DNA of 64,000 nt, taken from contig OZ251223.1 in NCBI GenBank assembly GCA_965240325.2, positions 3,596,001-3,660,000 on the forward strand, in the 5' to 3' direction. Of this stretch, positions 23,496 through 33,795 are shown piece after piece. The notes beneath the pieces were generated by a model, which worked only from the letters and a program-made list of their open reading frames with translations, ran no database searches and was not told where the DNA came from. A program made the position numbers and the translations under genes. Within the stretch, counting starts at the first letter, position 1, and the number at the start of each line of letters is the position of its first letter. The DNA comes from Rebecca billardiae RCC1528 (Eukaryota > Protista > Haptophyta).

Positions 23496-25037
23496 TCAAG
23501 AGGATGCGACGCGATCGGCATGAAGGAGTGTGTCGCCCTCGTCGGGCGCGCACTCCCAGCCGGGCTGGCGGCATGCGCGCGGCAGCTCGTAGCCGAAGCA
23601 GACGTAGTCCTGCACGTAGAGCCTGCACGCGGCGCGCGCGAGGGCATCCTCGCCCTCGACGAGCGCTCGCATCTCGGCCGCCCTTGGGAACGCGCGGCGC
23701 TGATCCTCTTCCTCATCCTCACCCTCAGCCGCCACATCGGCCGCCGAGCCTGGAGTCAGGCCAGCGCCGCGCCCCGCGACGGGTGCACGGGCTACGCCAC
23801 CAGCCGCGGGCGCCATGCCGACTCCGCCGCTTGCATCCCCTGGCGGCGGCTGGCGCGCGCGGTTCGCGTGCGGCAGCAGGCACGCGCGCAGCCGGCCGCT
23901 CGCGTTCACGCGCGTGAGCACGCGGCCAAGGTCGGCGCCAAGGGACTCGGAGCGCAGCACCGCGCGCACGCGCGGCGTCGGCAGCGCGCTCGCGCCGCAG
24001 AGCGCGCTGCGCGCCGCCGGGCCGCTCGCGCCCTCGTCCTCCGCCGACGCGAGCAGGAACGCGGACGCAGACGCGAGGTGCGACCAGAGCGGGTAGCGCG
24101 GCGTGCACTCGGCCGTGCGCACGAACGCCCTGAAGCGCGCCGCCTCGTCCAAGTGGCCGCGGGCGTGCGCCGCCGGCGGCATCGCGCGCAGCGGCACGCC
24201 CGGCGGCCGCGGCGGCGGCGGGAGCAGCAGGCGCTCCACGTCGCCATGGTAGCCAGCGAGCAGCCAGCCGTGCGCAGCCGAGCTCCGGAGGCGCTGGGCC
24301 AGGGCGCGCGCGGTCGCGCGCGCGGCGGCGGGGCTCGGAGGGTCGCGCTCGCGCGCGAGCTGGGCGCGGCGCGCGGCGCCGGCGCCAAGGAGCACCATCT
24401 CCGCCGTCGCGAGGTCAGGCAGCCGCACGCGCGCGCGGAGCGGGTGGAGCACCGCGGTCGCCGTCTGCCAGAGCAGCAGCTCGCCGTACGCTGAGACGAG
24501 CCGAGAGAGCGGCTCGCGCGCCATGCCGACGTGCAGCGGTGCGCGCGCGAACTTGCGCGTCGGCCGCGCCCTCGAGCGGTACGGCAGCCCGCTGCGGTTG
24601 CCATTGAACGCGCACGTCCACCACTGCCGCATCGTCGTCTGGCCCGTCTTCTGCACCATGTACACAATCAGCGCCGGATCGAAGCTCATGAGGTATCGGC
24701 GCGGGATAGCGCACCGGCCCGCGCGCAACCCGGCGCGCGCCGAGGCGGACTCGCACCGCTGCGGCCTCGGCCAGTCGTCAGACTCGCGCACGGGTATCTG
24801 CGGGCCGCGCCACCCGTCCGCGTCGGTGAGGTTGCGCGCCGTCCGCGGCGCGGTGAAGCGCGCACACGCGCGCAACGCGGCGTGGTGCGCGAGCAGCCGC
24901 TGGGCGGCACCGGCGGGAGCGGGCACATTCGGGCAGAACAGCGCGGACGCGAGCCCGACGCTCTTCAGGACGACCGATGCCGGCAAGACCAGCCTGAAGG
25001 CATGCCCAGCCCGGCGCACTCGTCGGCCGGCCGCCAT
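23496..25037 (-). CDS. Carbohydrate sulfotransferase (Sulfotransfer_2-like)
   Basis: 5'-PSB IVYMVQKTGQTTM; 3'-PB MAREPLSRLVSAY; C-terminal RLYVQDYVCFGY; N-terminal hydrophobic stretch. Start codon uncertain. Confidence 0.8.
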   Translation of the reverse strand: MAAGRRVRRAGHAFRLVLPASVVLKSVGLASALFCPNVPAPAGAAQRLLAHHAALRACARFTAPRTARNLTDADGWRGPQIPVRESDDWPRPQRCESASARAGLRAGRCAIPRRYLMSFDPALIVYMVQKTGQTTMRQWWTCAFNGNRSGLPYRSRARPTRKFARAPLHVGMAREPLSRLVSAYGELLLWQTATAVLHPLRARVRLPDLATAEMVLLGAGAARRAQLARERDPPSPAAARATARALAQRLRSSAAHGWLLAGYHGDVERLLLPPPPRPPGVPLRAMPPAAHARGHLDEAARFRAFVRTAECTPRYPLWSHLASASAFLLASAEDEGASGPAARSALCGASALPTPRVRAVLRSESLGADLGRVLTRVNASGRLRACLLPHANRARQPPPGDASGGVGMAPAAGGVARAPVAGRGAGLTPGSAADVAAEGEDEEEDQRRAFPRAAEMRALVEGEDALARAACRLYVQDYVCFGYELPRACRQPGWECAPDEGDTLLHADRVASS

Positions 25038-25181
25038 CGTTGGGCAGCCGTTGGCTCGCCCCGAATCTCGGCCGAGGTGCAGCTGCTGCCCAAGGCGGAA
25101 GGAAGGCGTGAGCGGCGCCCGCGCGGCTGCTGCCCAAGGCGGAAGGCCGCGAGCGGCGCCCGCGCGCCCTCCGCCGCCGCG

Positions 25182-26879
25182 ATGGGCAAAACTGGGCGCG
25201 CGCACCAGCTCATCGAGCTGCAGCAGGCCGCGGAGGAGCAGGACACGTCGGCCGTCGTATCCGCGCCCGGCTCGGCCCCCGCGGTCGAGCACGACCGGGT
25301 GCCCGCACTGCGCGCGCACACGGTGCTCTTCCTGCAGTTCTGGGCGGAGGGCTTTGCGTTCGCGGTCACGAATGGCTGCCTGTACGGATTCCTGCTCGGG
25401 TACCTCGCGACGCCGGGCTACGTATACGCGGCGGCGGACCAGATCGTCAGCTCGCCATGGGCGCTGCAGCTCCCCTTTGGCATGCTCTCAGACGCCGTGC
25501 CCATCTTTGGCCGGCACCGGCGGCCATGGCTCACGGCCGGCTGGTGCGTGTGCGCGACCGCGTCGCTGCTGCTGCTGCTCGTCGAGCTGCCGCCGCCGTA
25601 CTGGTGCCAGGGCCCGGACGGCCGCCTGGTGCGGAGTCGGCTCGGCGCCGACGGCCACATGCACGCCGCGCACCCGTGCAACGCCGACGCGCGCAAGTCG
25701 AGCGGACCGTTCGTGGGGCTGCTGGCGGCGTGCGCCGTCGGCTACGTGATGGTGAGCGCGGCGGCCGTGAGCCGCACGGTGGAGCTGCACAACGAGGACC
25801 CGTCGTCGGGGCTGATGGTCACCACCATCGCGTGCCGCCAGCTCGGCAACGTGAGCGGCTTCATCTTCATCGCCATCGCGATGAGCCGGTACGACCACAA
25901 CGGCCCGTTCGCGTGGGGGCTGGACATGCACGGCGTGGCCGCGGTGCTCGCGGCGGTGTCGGCGTGCATGGCGGCGCTGTCCACGCGGCTGCGCGAGGAG
26001 AAGCGGGCGCGCCAACCCGGCGCGCTGCGCGAGTACGGCCGACGCGCGTGGCGCAGCCTCTGCTCCGCCGCCTTTGCCGGCGTCGCGCTGCAGTCGTTCG
26101 CCGCGGTCACGCTGACGCACTGCACCACCACGGCGGTCGGGCTGGTGCAGGCGTACTGGGCGCGGATGAAGACGGTGCACAAGCACGCCAACTCGATCGG
26201 CGGCAACCTGCTGCTCAGCCTGCTCCTCTGGCTCGTGAGGCACACCCTGCAAAGGCGCAACTGGCGCGTGCTCACCGCGCTCTCCACGACGATGCTGCAG
26301 GTGATCGACCTGTCGGTCGCCGCCGTCACCATCTCCGGGCTGCTGCGCACGCCGTTCACGTTCACGGGCGAGGTGCTGCTCTCGGAGGTGCCCGCAGCGG
26401 TGCGCAAGGTGGTGCACCAGGCGCTGGTCGCCGCGCTCGCCGCCGCCGACCCCGGCCTGGAGGGCTTCTCACAGGGCCTGCTCGGCGCCGCAGCCAATGC
26501 GGGCTGGGTGACGGCGCGCGGCGCCGCCAACTCGCTGTACGGCCACTGGTCGCCCTCGCTCTCCGAGCCGAGCAACTACATCGAGGACAGGCCCGAGTTC
26601 AGGCGCGCGGTCTTCTCGTCGTACCTCGTGCACTGCTCGCTCTCGCTCTCGTCGCTCACGCTGCTCTACCTGCTGCCGCGCGACACCGCCGAGGCACAGC
26701 GGCGGCAGGCGCAGTGGCCGCGCCGCACGGCATTTGCGTGGGTCGCCGTCATCGCGATCGGCGCGCCTTACCTGATGGGCCTCGTGATGACGGTGCTGAG
26801 CACGATCCCCGCGACCATGTGCTCCACGCTCGCCGGCGGGCGCGGCTGCCCAGTCCACGTCGACGGCGACAAGGGCTGA
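25182..26879 (+). CDS. Folate-biopterin transporter (BT1/MFS-like) membrane protein
   Basis: PWALQLPFGMLSDAVPIFGRHRRPWLTAGW matches the BT1 signature; about 12 hydrophobic segments. Confidence 0.8.
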   Translation: MGKTGRAHQLIELQQAAEEQDTSAVVSAPGSAPAVEHDRVPALRAHTVLFLQFWAEGFAFAVTNGCLYGFLLGYLATPGYVYAAADQIVSSPWALQLPFGMLSDAVPIFGRHRRPWLTAGWCVCATASLLLLLVELPPPYWCQGPDGRLVRSRLGADGHMHAAHPCNADARKSSGPFVGLLAACAVGYVMVSAAAVSRTVELHNEDPSSGLMVTTIACRQLGNVSGFIFIAIAMSRYDHNGPFAWGLDMHGVAAVLAAVSACMAALSTRLREEKRARQPGALREYGRRAWRSLCSAAFAGVALQSFAAVTLTHCTTTAVGLVQAYWARMKTVHKHANSIGGNLLLSLLLWLVRHTLQRRNWRVLTALSTTMLQVIDLSVAAVTISGLLRTPFTFTGEVLLSEVPAAVRKVVHQALVAALAAADPGLEGFSQGLLGAAANAGWVTARGAANSLYGHWSPSLSEPSNYIEDRPEFRRAVFSSYLVHCSLSLSSLTLLYLLPRDTAEAQRRQAQWPRRTAFAWVAVIAIGAPYLMGLVMTVLSTIPATMCSTLAGGRGCPVHVDGDKG

Positions 26880-27225
26880 CCGCTGAGCCCCGGCTGATGT
26901 CCCGGGGCGGCTCCCAAGGCTACCCAGTCCCATACGCATTCTATGATTTAACGACACAGGTAGGACGACGCAGGTCTCCTGATTCGTCGGCGGCAGTGCG
27001 CCCGATCGTCGACACGAAGTCGGCGTTGGTGGCAGAGCATAGTAGCCTGCACCGCGATCGAATGGCGAATGCCTGATGAGCGTGATGGCTGAGCCTGATG
27101 GGTCTACGACGATTACGATGACGACGCGATGCTTTTCAGATGATTCAATTAATAAGCGGCGCCCGACCAGCATGGCCGGCGGTCGAGCGGGGGGCCGGCC
27201 AGTCCACCGGGCCATGCCGTCGGTG

Positions 27226-28056
27226 ATGAATGCCGCGACGCTTGTGCTGCTGGGGTGCGCGGCGACTGCCGGTGAGTTTGAGCGGCTACACGGCTTCGTA
27301 CCGCTTACAGAGCCGAGCGCGGCCTCCAACCCAATCACCATGTCCATCGACGACGCGATGAGTTACTGTGGCAGCAACACGCGCTGCATCACGTTCACCT
27401 TCCAAGGGGAGCCTGACCCCTCACGCGCCGTGCCCATCTTCTTCAAGATGAGCTCGCTCGTCGTACCCTCGAGCGAGTGGACAAGCTACCGACGCGTGTT
27501 CAGTGGACGCCTCGGTCCGACCGTGTCGCACCGCGCCCCAGCGCCGTCGATGTCGCATCATCATGCACGCCCTTCCTCGTCGCCATCACACGAGCCATGC
27601 ACGGCAAGTGGGGGCTGTGCCCCTCCTTCACCTGCCCGACGCGACAATTGCACGCGGGCTGCTGCTCCGCTCTCCATCGAGCTGCGCGTGGCCTCGGCTG
27701 CCTCGCCTCCCTCAGCACGCGCCTCTTTTGCCGTGATGGCGTGGGACAGCACCACTGGCATCCGCCGGCCACCCGTCGAGCAGGGCACACTAGCGCCCGG
27801 CGAGGTACGCACAGTTCCCATGTGCGTTGGCTTGGATGCGTGCTACGTTATCTCGCTCGTGAGCGCCGATGGCACAAATGATGCCGGCCTCGAATGGAAA
27901 GTGGGGGCACCGGGCAGCACCGCATCAGCGCCTGCAGCCTCTGGCCATGCCACCTTTGGCAAGCGGCTGTGCGTGCCCGAGATCGTCGGCGATCAGAGTG
28001 TCTCGTCGAGCGCTGGCATCCAGGCGCGCAGGGCCTCCAGCCTGGGCCAGGTATAG
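27226..28056 (+). CDS. Secreted protein with small Cys-containing (PAN/apple-like) domains, function unknown
   Basis: Signal peptide MNAATLVLLGCAATA; DDAMSYCGSNTRCITFTF...IFFK...WTSY; Ser/Pro linker; second Cys domain. Start (27076/27172/27226) and 3' end are uncertain. Confidence 0.55.
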   Translation: MNAATLVLLGCAATAGEFERLHGFVPLTEPSAASNPITMSIDDAMSYCGSNTRCITFTFQGEPDPSRAVPIFFKMSSLVVPSSEWTSYRRVFSGRLGPTVSHRAPAPSMSHHHARPSSSPSHEPCTASGGCAPPSPARRDNCTRAAAPLSIELRVASAASPPSARASFAVMAWDSTTGIRRPPVEQGTLAPGEVRTVPMCVGLDACYVISLVSADGTNDAGLEWKVGAPGSTASAPAASGHATFGKRLCVPEIVGDQSVSSSAGIQARRASSLGQV

Positions 28057-28567
28057 ACCGCAGGGACTCGGTGGCTCTCCGACTACTGGCTGGCATCACC
28101 GTGCTCTAATGGCGCGGCCGCTCACTGACACTCACGGCCCTGGCTGAAGTAACGGTCACCGTTACCGACTGGCACGTGTACTAGCGCCTGGACCCCGGCC
28201 CGGCCCCCGCCGGCGGGCCGCGGCCCCGGCCCGGCGGCGGGCCGCCAGCTGGCCAGCCGGCGTCTGTCGACAGTAGTCGAGTGTCATCGCAGCTAGTCAG
28301 CTGGCTCGGGCCGCCGCATGGCCGTCGCGCCTGCGGCATGCGGCGCTGGCCGACCGGGGCGGGCGCGCCAATCAATAATCATCGTCCGGGCAAGCCTGCT
28401 CACATCGATCTTGATGCTGATTAAATATTCTCGCGTCGTCATCAATGCTGACGACTATCAAGGTCTTTCCGGCTGCCGCCCAGCCCCATTCCGCGACGAC
28501 CGCGTGGCAACTCGGTCTCGTTACTCGTACAGACTACAGTCGTCGTGAACTGTCACTTGTCAGCCAG

Positions 28568-29284
28568 TCAGATCATGCCGCCGTCATCGTCACTGCTTTT
28601 ATCGTCCACCTTGTCCTCGTCGTTGTCGCCTTCGCTCGACGCCTCGCCCAGCTCCTCGACCGTCTCCACGATCTGCGCGCACACAGCCGCGTCCTCCTTG
28701 GCCAGCTGCAGGAGGCACGCCCGCAGAGCCGGTGCGCGCGCATCGTTGAGAGCGCTTTGCACTGCCTTGAGCTCACTTGCCGAGGGCGGCTTGGCACTCG
28801 CTGTGCGCATCTTCTTGCGCGACGGCCCGGGCGCGTCGGCGCGCGGACGTGCCGGCGGAGCATTCTTCGCGCTCTCGTCGTCCGAAGAGGCCAGGTCGTC
28901 AGCCCAGTTGCGCCCGGCCCCGCTCATCGTTGCCTGAAGGCCCTCCACCTCTGCCAGAGCTGCCTTCACCTGCGCGTTGGCGGGCTCGAGGCTGAGAGCG
29001 CGCTGGTATGCGGCCGCCGCTTCGCTGTAGCGCTTGAGCGATTTGAATGCCGCCCCCTTGCGCACGTGCCCCTTGATCCAGTCTGGGGCGAGCACGCACA
29101 CCTGCTGGGCATCGTTCAGCGCTGCGTCGTACTGCCCTGCCATTGCGTGCGCCGCCGCGCGGTTGCTGAACAGGTACTGGTTGCGCGGTTCCAGGTCGAT
29201 GGCCTCGGTGTACAGACGGACTGCGTCGTCGTGCTTGCCCAGCTTCAAGGCCTCGTTTCCCCTCTCCTTGAGCGCGGTTGCCAT
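28568..29284 (-). CDS. TPR-repeat protein (STI1/HOP TPR1-like) with acidic tail
   Basis: ALKERGNEALK...YTEAIDLEPRNQYLFSNRAAA...APDWIKGHVRKGAA...ALSLEPAN, i.e. three TPRs with carboxylate-clamp residues. Confidence 0.9.
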   Translation of the reverse strand: MATALKERGNEALKLGKHDDAVRLYTEAIDLEPRNQYLFSNRAAAHAMAGQYDAALNDAQQVCVLAPDWIKGHVRKGAAFKSLKRYSEAAAAYQRALSLEPANAQVKAALAEVEGLQATMSGAGRNWADDLASSDDESAKNAPPARPRADAPGPSRKKMRTASAKPPSASELKAVQSALNDARAPALRACLLQLAKEDAAVCAQIVETVEELGEASSEGDNDEDKVDDKSSDDDGGMI

Positions 29285-29395
29285 CGCCGACACGGTCAAA
29301 GGGCGGCCGGCTCGGGCGCTGCAGCCGACCCGACGCGTCTGCGCGCTGCGCCCAGCCGGCAGGGCGCTTCGCCGCTTCCGGCCGACGAATTGACG

Positions 29396-30049
29396 ATGGC
29401 GGACGAGCGCAGCGCCTTGGATGCGGAACCTGTCCTCGATTACAGTGACGACTACGTGGACAAAGAGGACCTCTGTCTCGCCGATGGCGACGATGAAGGG
29501 AGCAGTGGCGACTCAGGCGACGAGACCCCTGAGCAGCAGGACGCACAGCCTGCAGCGCTCACGCTGGAGAGCACAGAGGCAATTGCCAACGTCACCAGCC
29601 AGATGGCAGCCCAACTGCGTGAGATACAGCAGGAGATGGAGCGGATCAAGCAGCAGATGCACGGCGGCGACGAGCTGCAGAGCCTCGCCGCCGAGATCGA
29701 ATCGTTGAGGCGCCGGGTATCTGACGAGGCACAAGGTGACACACGTGCGCGCCCCAGGCCGAGCAATCCGCGCGCGCGCACCGAGCATCCGTCCATGGCT
29801 CCGTCTAGACGAACAGCACCAGCACAGCCGAGCCGATTGTGGATACGCATTGGATATTCGGTCCTCACTGCAGCGATTCTGCTCGGTGGGCCGCTGCGGT
29901 CCGTAACGGCGCATCTTGTCGCGGCCCTGGCGGAGCGAGGGGCCACCACGTGGGCTTGGGATCATCGGTGGTCATCGACATCTGCCAGCAGTCGTCCGTG
30001 GTACGACGAGGTCATGGACGACGATGATGATCCGGACAGCGTTTCGTGA
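29396..30049 (+). CDS. Hypothetical protein: acidic N-terminus, coiled coil, one C-terminal TM
   Basis: MADERSALD...; QMAAQLREIQQEMERIKQQM heptads; IGYSVLTAAILLGGPL. Divergent from the TPR gene. Confidence 0.7.
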   Translation: MADERSALDAEPVLDYSDDYVDKEDLCLADGDDEGSSGDSGDETPEQQDAQPAALTLESTEAIANVTSQMAAQLREIQQEMERIKQQMHGGDELQSLAAEIESLRRRVSDEAQGDTRARPRPSNPRARTEHPSMAPSRRTAPAQPSRLWIRIGYSVLTAAILLGGPLRSVTAHLVAALAERGATTWAWDHRWSSTSASSRPWYDEVMDDDDDPDSVS

Positions 30050-30354
30050 GCGTCATTGACTCGGTGAGACGACTTCAGTAGTGCCCGTCACAGTGGGTGC
30101 AGCCATCATCGCGTGGCATCGCCCTGCGAGTAGTAGACAGCACGGCCTGCTGGACTCAGAAGTCAGAATCAGTCTCAACTGACAACTGCATCATCACCGC
30201 ATCACGGACTTAGTACTGGATATTGCTCCGAGCTCGTGCCCGGCCGATCGTCGTAGTCACAGCGGAGGTCGGACCGGCCTCGTTCACATGGAGAGAGCAG
30301 CGCGCGCGTGCGCCCCAAGCAAAGCAAACAGCCACCCAGCCGCGCCCGCGCCGC

Positions 30355-33300
30355 CTATGCGACACAGCTCGCGACGAACTGGCTAATCGCCTTGTCGGCC
30401 GATCGGACCGAGAGCCGCATGCCCACCGACTTGCCTGCCTCGGCGCGCAAGTTGACAATGGCGAGCACCTGCACGCCCGTGAGGAAGACGCCGGTGAGCA
30501 GCACGGTGTGCGTGCGCGCGCCGTCTGCCGGCACGCCTGTGTTCTCGCACACCTGCGCGGCGGCGTGCACCCGAGAGGGCGTGCGCCAGGCGCGCGCTGC
30601 GTCAGCGTCGGACCGTCGGCGCAGCCGCGGCCGCGCACGTCGACGCGCGGCCGCACGCGCGCGCGTGCGCGCTGAGCGTGCGCACACCTCCATGCCGAGG
30701 AAGTCGACGATGGCCTTAATGGCGTCGAGCAGGCCGTTGTACGTGAGCGAGAAGGTCTCGATGACCTCCCCGCTGTTGCCGAGGCCCTGCGCGCGAAGGG
30801 AGGCGCCGGCACCGGCGACGGGCTTCGACGAGGCCCCCCACGCGCAGTGCTGTGCCGCTGCCGCTGCCGCGCCGGCGCTCGACGCGACGCAACGGCGCGG
30901 AGGCGCACGCGGCGGGGCGGCGCGCGCACGCGCACCTCCCAGTTCCCGCGGAAGTCGGCGATCATGATCGGCTTCATGTAGTCGGCGGCGCTGAGCTCGA
31001 GCTCCTCGAGCGCGTACTCGTCCTCGTACCCGGCGCTCGACGCGTCCGCGCCGCCCGTCGACGCGTCGACCTCGCGCACCACAAACTTGAGCGTGCAGCC
31101 GAGCGAGCCGGTCGGCGCGGCCTCGGCGCGCCGCAGGCAGACGTACGCCTGGCTGGGCTGGCCGTACGGCAGCTCGGTGCACGGCACCTCGGCCTCGAGC
31201 TCGACGCCGGCGCAGCCGCTCAGGTCGAGCTGCACGCACACGCTCTGCAGCAGCTGGTCCTCCAGCGTGTTCTTCAGGTCGAACGCGAGGATGGTGTGCT
31301 GCGCGTACACGTGCTTGGTGCAAGACACCGCGTACTCGGTCTCGGGGTCGGTCAGCGCGAGCGGCTTGGACGAGCCGAAGCGCTGGCCGACGTGGACGAA
31401 CTGCGGCATCTTGGAGATCAGGTCGGCCTCGGCCGCGGCCGCGCTCGCGCTGGCGCCCTTGCCCTGCGCCTTGGACGGCGTCGGCGCGCCGTAGTCGTCG
31501 TCGGACTTGTGCCTGCCCGCAGCGGCCACCTGCTCCTGCGCCGCCTTGCGCTCCGCGGCAATCATCTCGGCGGACATGGTCACGTTGAACACGGAGAAGG
31601 GCTGCTCGGAGGGCGCGGCGAGGTACTCCTGCACCGCGTGCTCGAGCGCGATCAGCGGCACGGGCAGCGGCTTGAGCACGAGCTCGATCGGGTTGAGCCC
31701 GAGCACGTTGTCCGGCGACGTGTCCATCTTGGTGAGCAGCTTGCAGTAGAAGGTCGCGCGGTCGCGCACCTCGTCGTCGTTGTCGTGCAGGCAGCGCTGC
31801 AGCAGCGTGACGATCGACTCGCGCAGCGCGGGGAGCTGCACGCCGAACTTGGCGAGCGCCGAGACGGCCGACGCGCGCACCGTCGCGTTCTCCAGCACCA
31901 CGCGGTTGTAGATGAAGCGGATGTACGACGAGGGCTCGGAGGTCTGCGGCCCCTCCTTGCCGAGCAGGTGCAGGATGGACGTCGAGAGCGCGGTGAACTC
32001 GCAGTCCTCGATGAACTCGCAGAGGTGCATGAGCCCGGCCTCCTTCGCGTCGGGGATCTGGCCGATGAGGTGCAGGATCGTGTCCACGATCGCCTTCTTG
32101 TACGCGAACCCGCCCTCCTCGCGCAGCATGTTGGACAGGAAGGTCATCAGCAGCCGGTGCTTCTGCGGAAACTTGATGCACATCGCGCGGATCGCGTCCA
32201 CGACAATCACCTTGAACTCGTCGGCGATCTCGCACATGAAGGAGGTGATCTGCTTCATCAGCCGCTCGACGCCGGACTCCGAGCCCGTCTTGAGCAGCGT
32301 GGTGATCGCGAGCGTCGCGATCGAGCGGTTCGAGTCGTTGATCAGCCCCTCCATGTCCATGTTGCACGGCGTGACCGCGCTCGGGTGGATCATCGCGATG
32401 CGGTTGAGCGTGCGCACGGCGGCGAAGCGCAGCGTGGGCTTGGACGAGCAGAGGAAGAGCTGCAGCACGGTGATCGCCGGCGTGAGCTCGCGCTGCGTCA
32501 CGTTCGGCAGGCCGCACAGCGCGTTCGCCCCCTCGTAGATCACCATGTCCGACTTGTGCCGCAGCGTGCTCTCGAGGTACTCCAGCAGCCCGCGGTCGCG
32601 CTCGTTCGAGCCGCTGCGCGCGGAGGGCGCCCGGGCGCGGGGGGAGCCGCCAGCGCAGGGGCGCGCGTGAGGGCTCTGCGCGCGTGCCGCGCGCGCGCGC
32701 GCGCGCGACGCCGACAGGCGGGCGGACAGGCGGACGGGCAGAGCGGCCGAGGAGCGGCGGGCAGCGAGGCGCGCTGCCGCAGGCGCGCCGCGCTCGGCGC
32801 TCGGGGGAGCGCGGCCACGGCGAGCGCGCGCACCCGTCCTCGTCCATCACCTTCTTGACGAAGCGGATGAGCAGGCACTGCGCGTACGGCGACTTGATCG
32901 GCGAGCGCGTGAGCGAGGTGACGATCTTCGAGACCGCCAGCCGGTCCTGCTTCTTGATCATGTGCAGCAGCGCGAGCGCATGGTACTGCACCGTCATGTT
33001 GTCCGACTGCAGCGCGGTCTGCACCTCGTTGACCCAGCGCTTCACGACCTCGGCGTTCACGCGGATGAGCTGGATGCCCGAGACTAGCGCAGACGCCGCG
33101 ACGAACGCGTTCTTGTCCACGAGCGCCTGCTTGAGGTGGCGCTCGATCTGCGCGAGCATCGTCGGGTCGGTCTGCGAGATGATCTTCGAGAGCACGCGGA
33201 TGGCGTTGGCGCGGTAGAGGTCGTGCTTCGAGTTCATGTCCTTGGTGAGCGTCGCCGTGACGATGATCACCTCCTCCGCCGATGGGTTGAGCTCCTTCAT

Positions 33301-33678
33301 CACCAGGTAGATCATGCGGCGCAGGTGGTCGTCCTTCGCCTGGAAGAGCTTCGTGACGCCAAAGAAGATCTCCGTCGACTCGGAGCGCGAGAGGACCTCG
33401 CCCTGGCCGAGGAGGTAGAGGATCTTGGTGATGAGCTGCGAGCACACCCGCGGGTTGAGCTGCGGGTCGTGGAAGACGCGGCACTCGAGCAGCACCTGGC
33501 TCTTCTGCAGCCCGCTGAAAGGGCTGTACACCTCGTCCTCGTCCTTCTTGCCGCCCGAGGCGAGGGTGCTGAGGGCCGCTTCCCTCACGCCGCTCAGCCA
33601 CTGCTGGCCCTGCGTCTGCCAGTCCGTCGGCCCCGGCTCCATCGGCGGCATCGCCTGCGGGTCGCGCAGATTGCTCAT
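30355..33678 (-). CDS. COPG: Coatomer subunit gamma (~939 aa); introns 32833-32614, 30935-30787, 30687-30553
   Basis: SQVLLECRVFHD, FFGVTKLFQ, LTKDMN, LRFAAVRTLN, DSNRSIATLAITTLLKTG, DEFKVIVVDAIR, LCEFIEDCEF, EVRDRATFY, LTDPETEYAV, GYEDEY. Spliced length is in frame. Confidence 0.97.
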   Translation of the reverse strand: MSNLRDPQAMPPMEPGPTDWQTQGQQWLSGVREAALSTLASGGKKDEDEVYSPFSGLQKSQVLLECRVFHDPQLNPRVCSQLITKILYLLGQGEVLSRSESTEIFFGVTKLFQAKDDHLRRMIYLVMKELNPSAEEVIIVTATLTKDMNSKHDLYRANAIRVLSKIISQTDPTMLAQIERHLKQALVDKNAFVAASALVSGIQLIRVNAEVVKRWVNEVQTALQSDNMTVQYHALALLHMIKKQDRLAVSKIVTSLTRSPIKSPYAQCLLIRFVKKVMDEDGCARSPWPRSPERRARRACGSAPRCPPLLGRSARPPVRPPVGVARARARGTRAEPSRAPLRWRLPPRPGALRAQRLERARPRAAGVPREHAAAQVGHGDLRGGERAVRPAERDAARAHAGDHRAAALPLLVQAHAALRRRAHAQPHRDDPPERGHAVQHGHGGADQRLEPLDRDARDHHAAQDGLGVRRRAADEADHLLHVRDRRRVQGDCRGRDPRDVHQVSAEAPAADDLPVQHAARGGRVRVQEGDRGHDPAPHRPDPRREGGRAHAPLRVHRGLRVHRALDVHPAPARQGGAADLRALVVHPLHLQPRGAGERDGARVGRLGARQVRRAAPRAARVDRHAAAALPARQRRRGARPRDLLLQAAHQDGHVAGQRARAQPDRARAQAAARAADRARARGAGVPRRALRAALLRVQRDHVRRDDCRGAQGGAGAGGRCGQAQVRRRLRRADAVQGAGQGRQRERGRGRGRPDLQDAAVRPRRPALRLVQAARADRPRDRVRGVLHQARVRAAHHPRVRPEEHAGGPAAAERVRAARPERLRRRRARGRGAVHRAAVRPAQPGVRLPAARRGRADRLARLHAQVCGARGRRVDGRRGRVERRVRGRVRARGARAQRRRLHEADHDRRLPRELGGARARAAPPRAPPRRCVASSAGAAAAAAQHCAWGASSKPVAGAGASLRAQGLGNSGEVIETFSLTYNGLLDAIKAIVDFLGMEVCARSARTRARAAARRRARPRLRRRSDADAARAWRTPSRVHAAAQVCENTGVPADGARTHTVLLTGVFLTGVQVLAIVNLRAEAGKSVGMRLSVRSADKAISQFVASCVA

Positions 33679-33795
33679 GGCGCTCCTGTTGACGATGGCG
33701 GCGGCTCGCCGTCGCTCGCCAGCGAGACAAGCGCCGATCTCAGCACAGATCAAGTCCGGACCACGGCTGTCCCCGGACGTCAGACGGTCGGGAAC

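Noticed and set aside
28185-28262. Nearly pure-GC clusters (also ~42380-42535)
   Set aside because: No clear shared sequence or termini beyond low complexity expected at this GC content.
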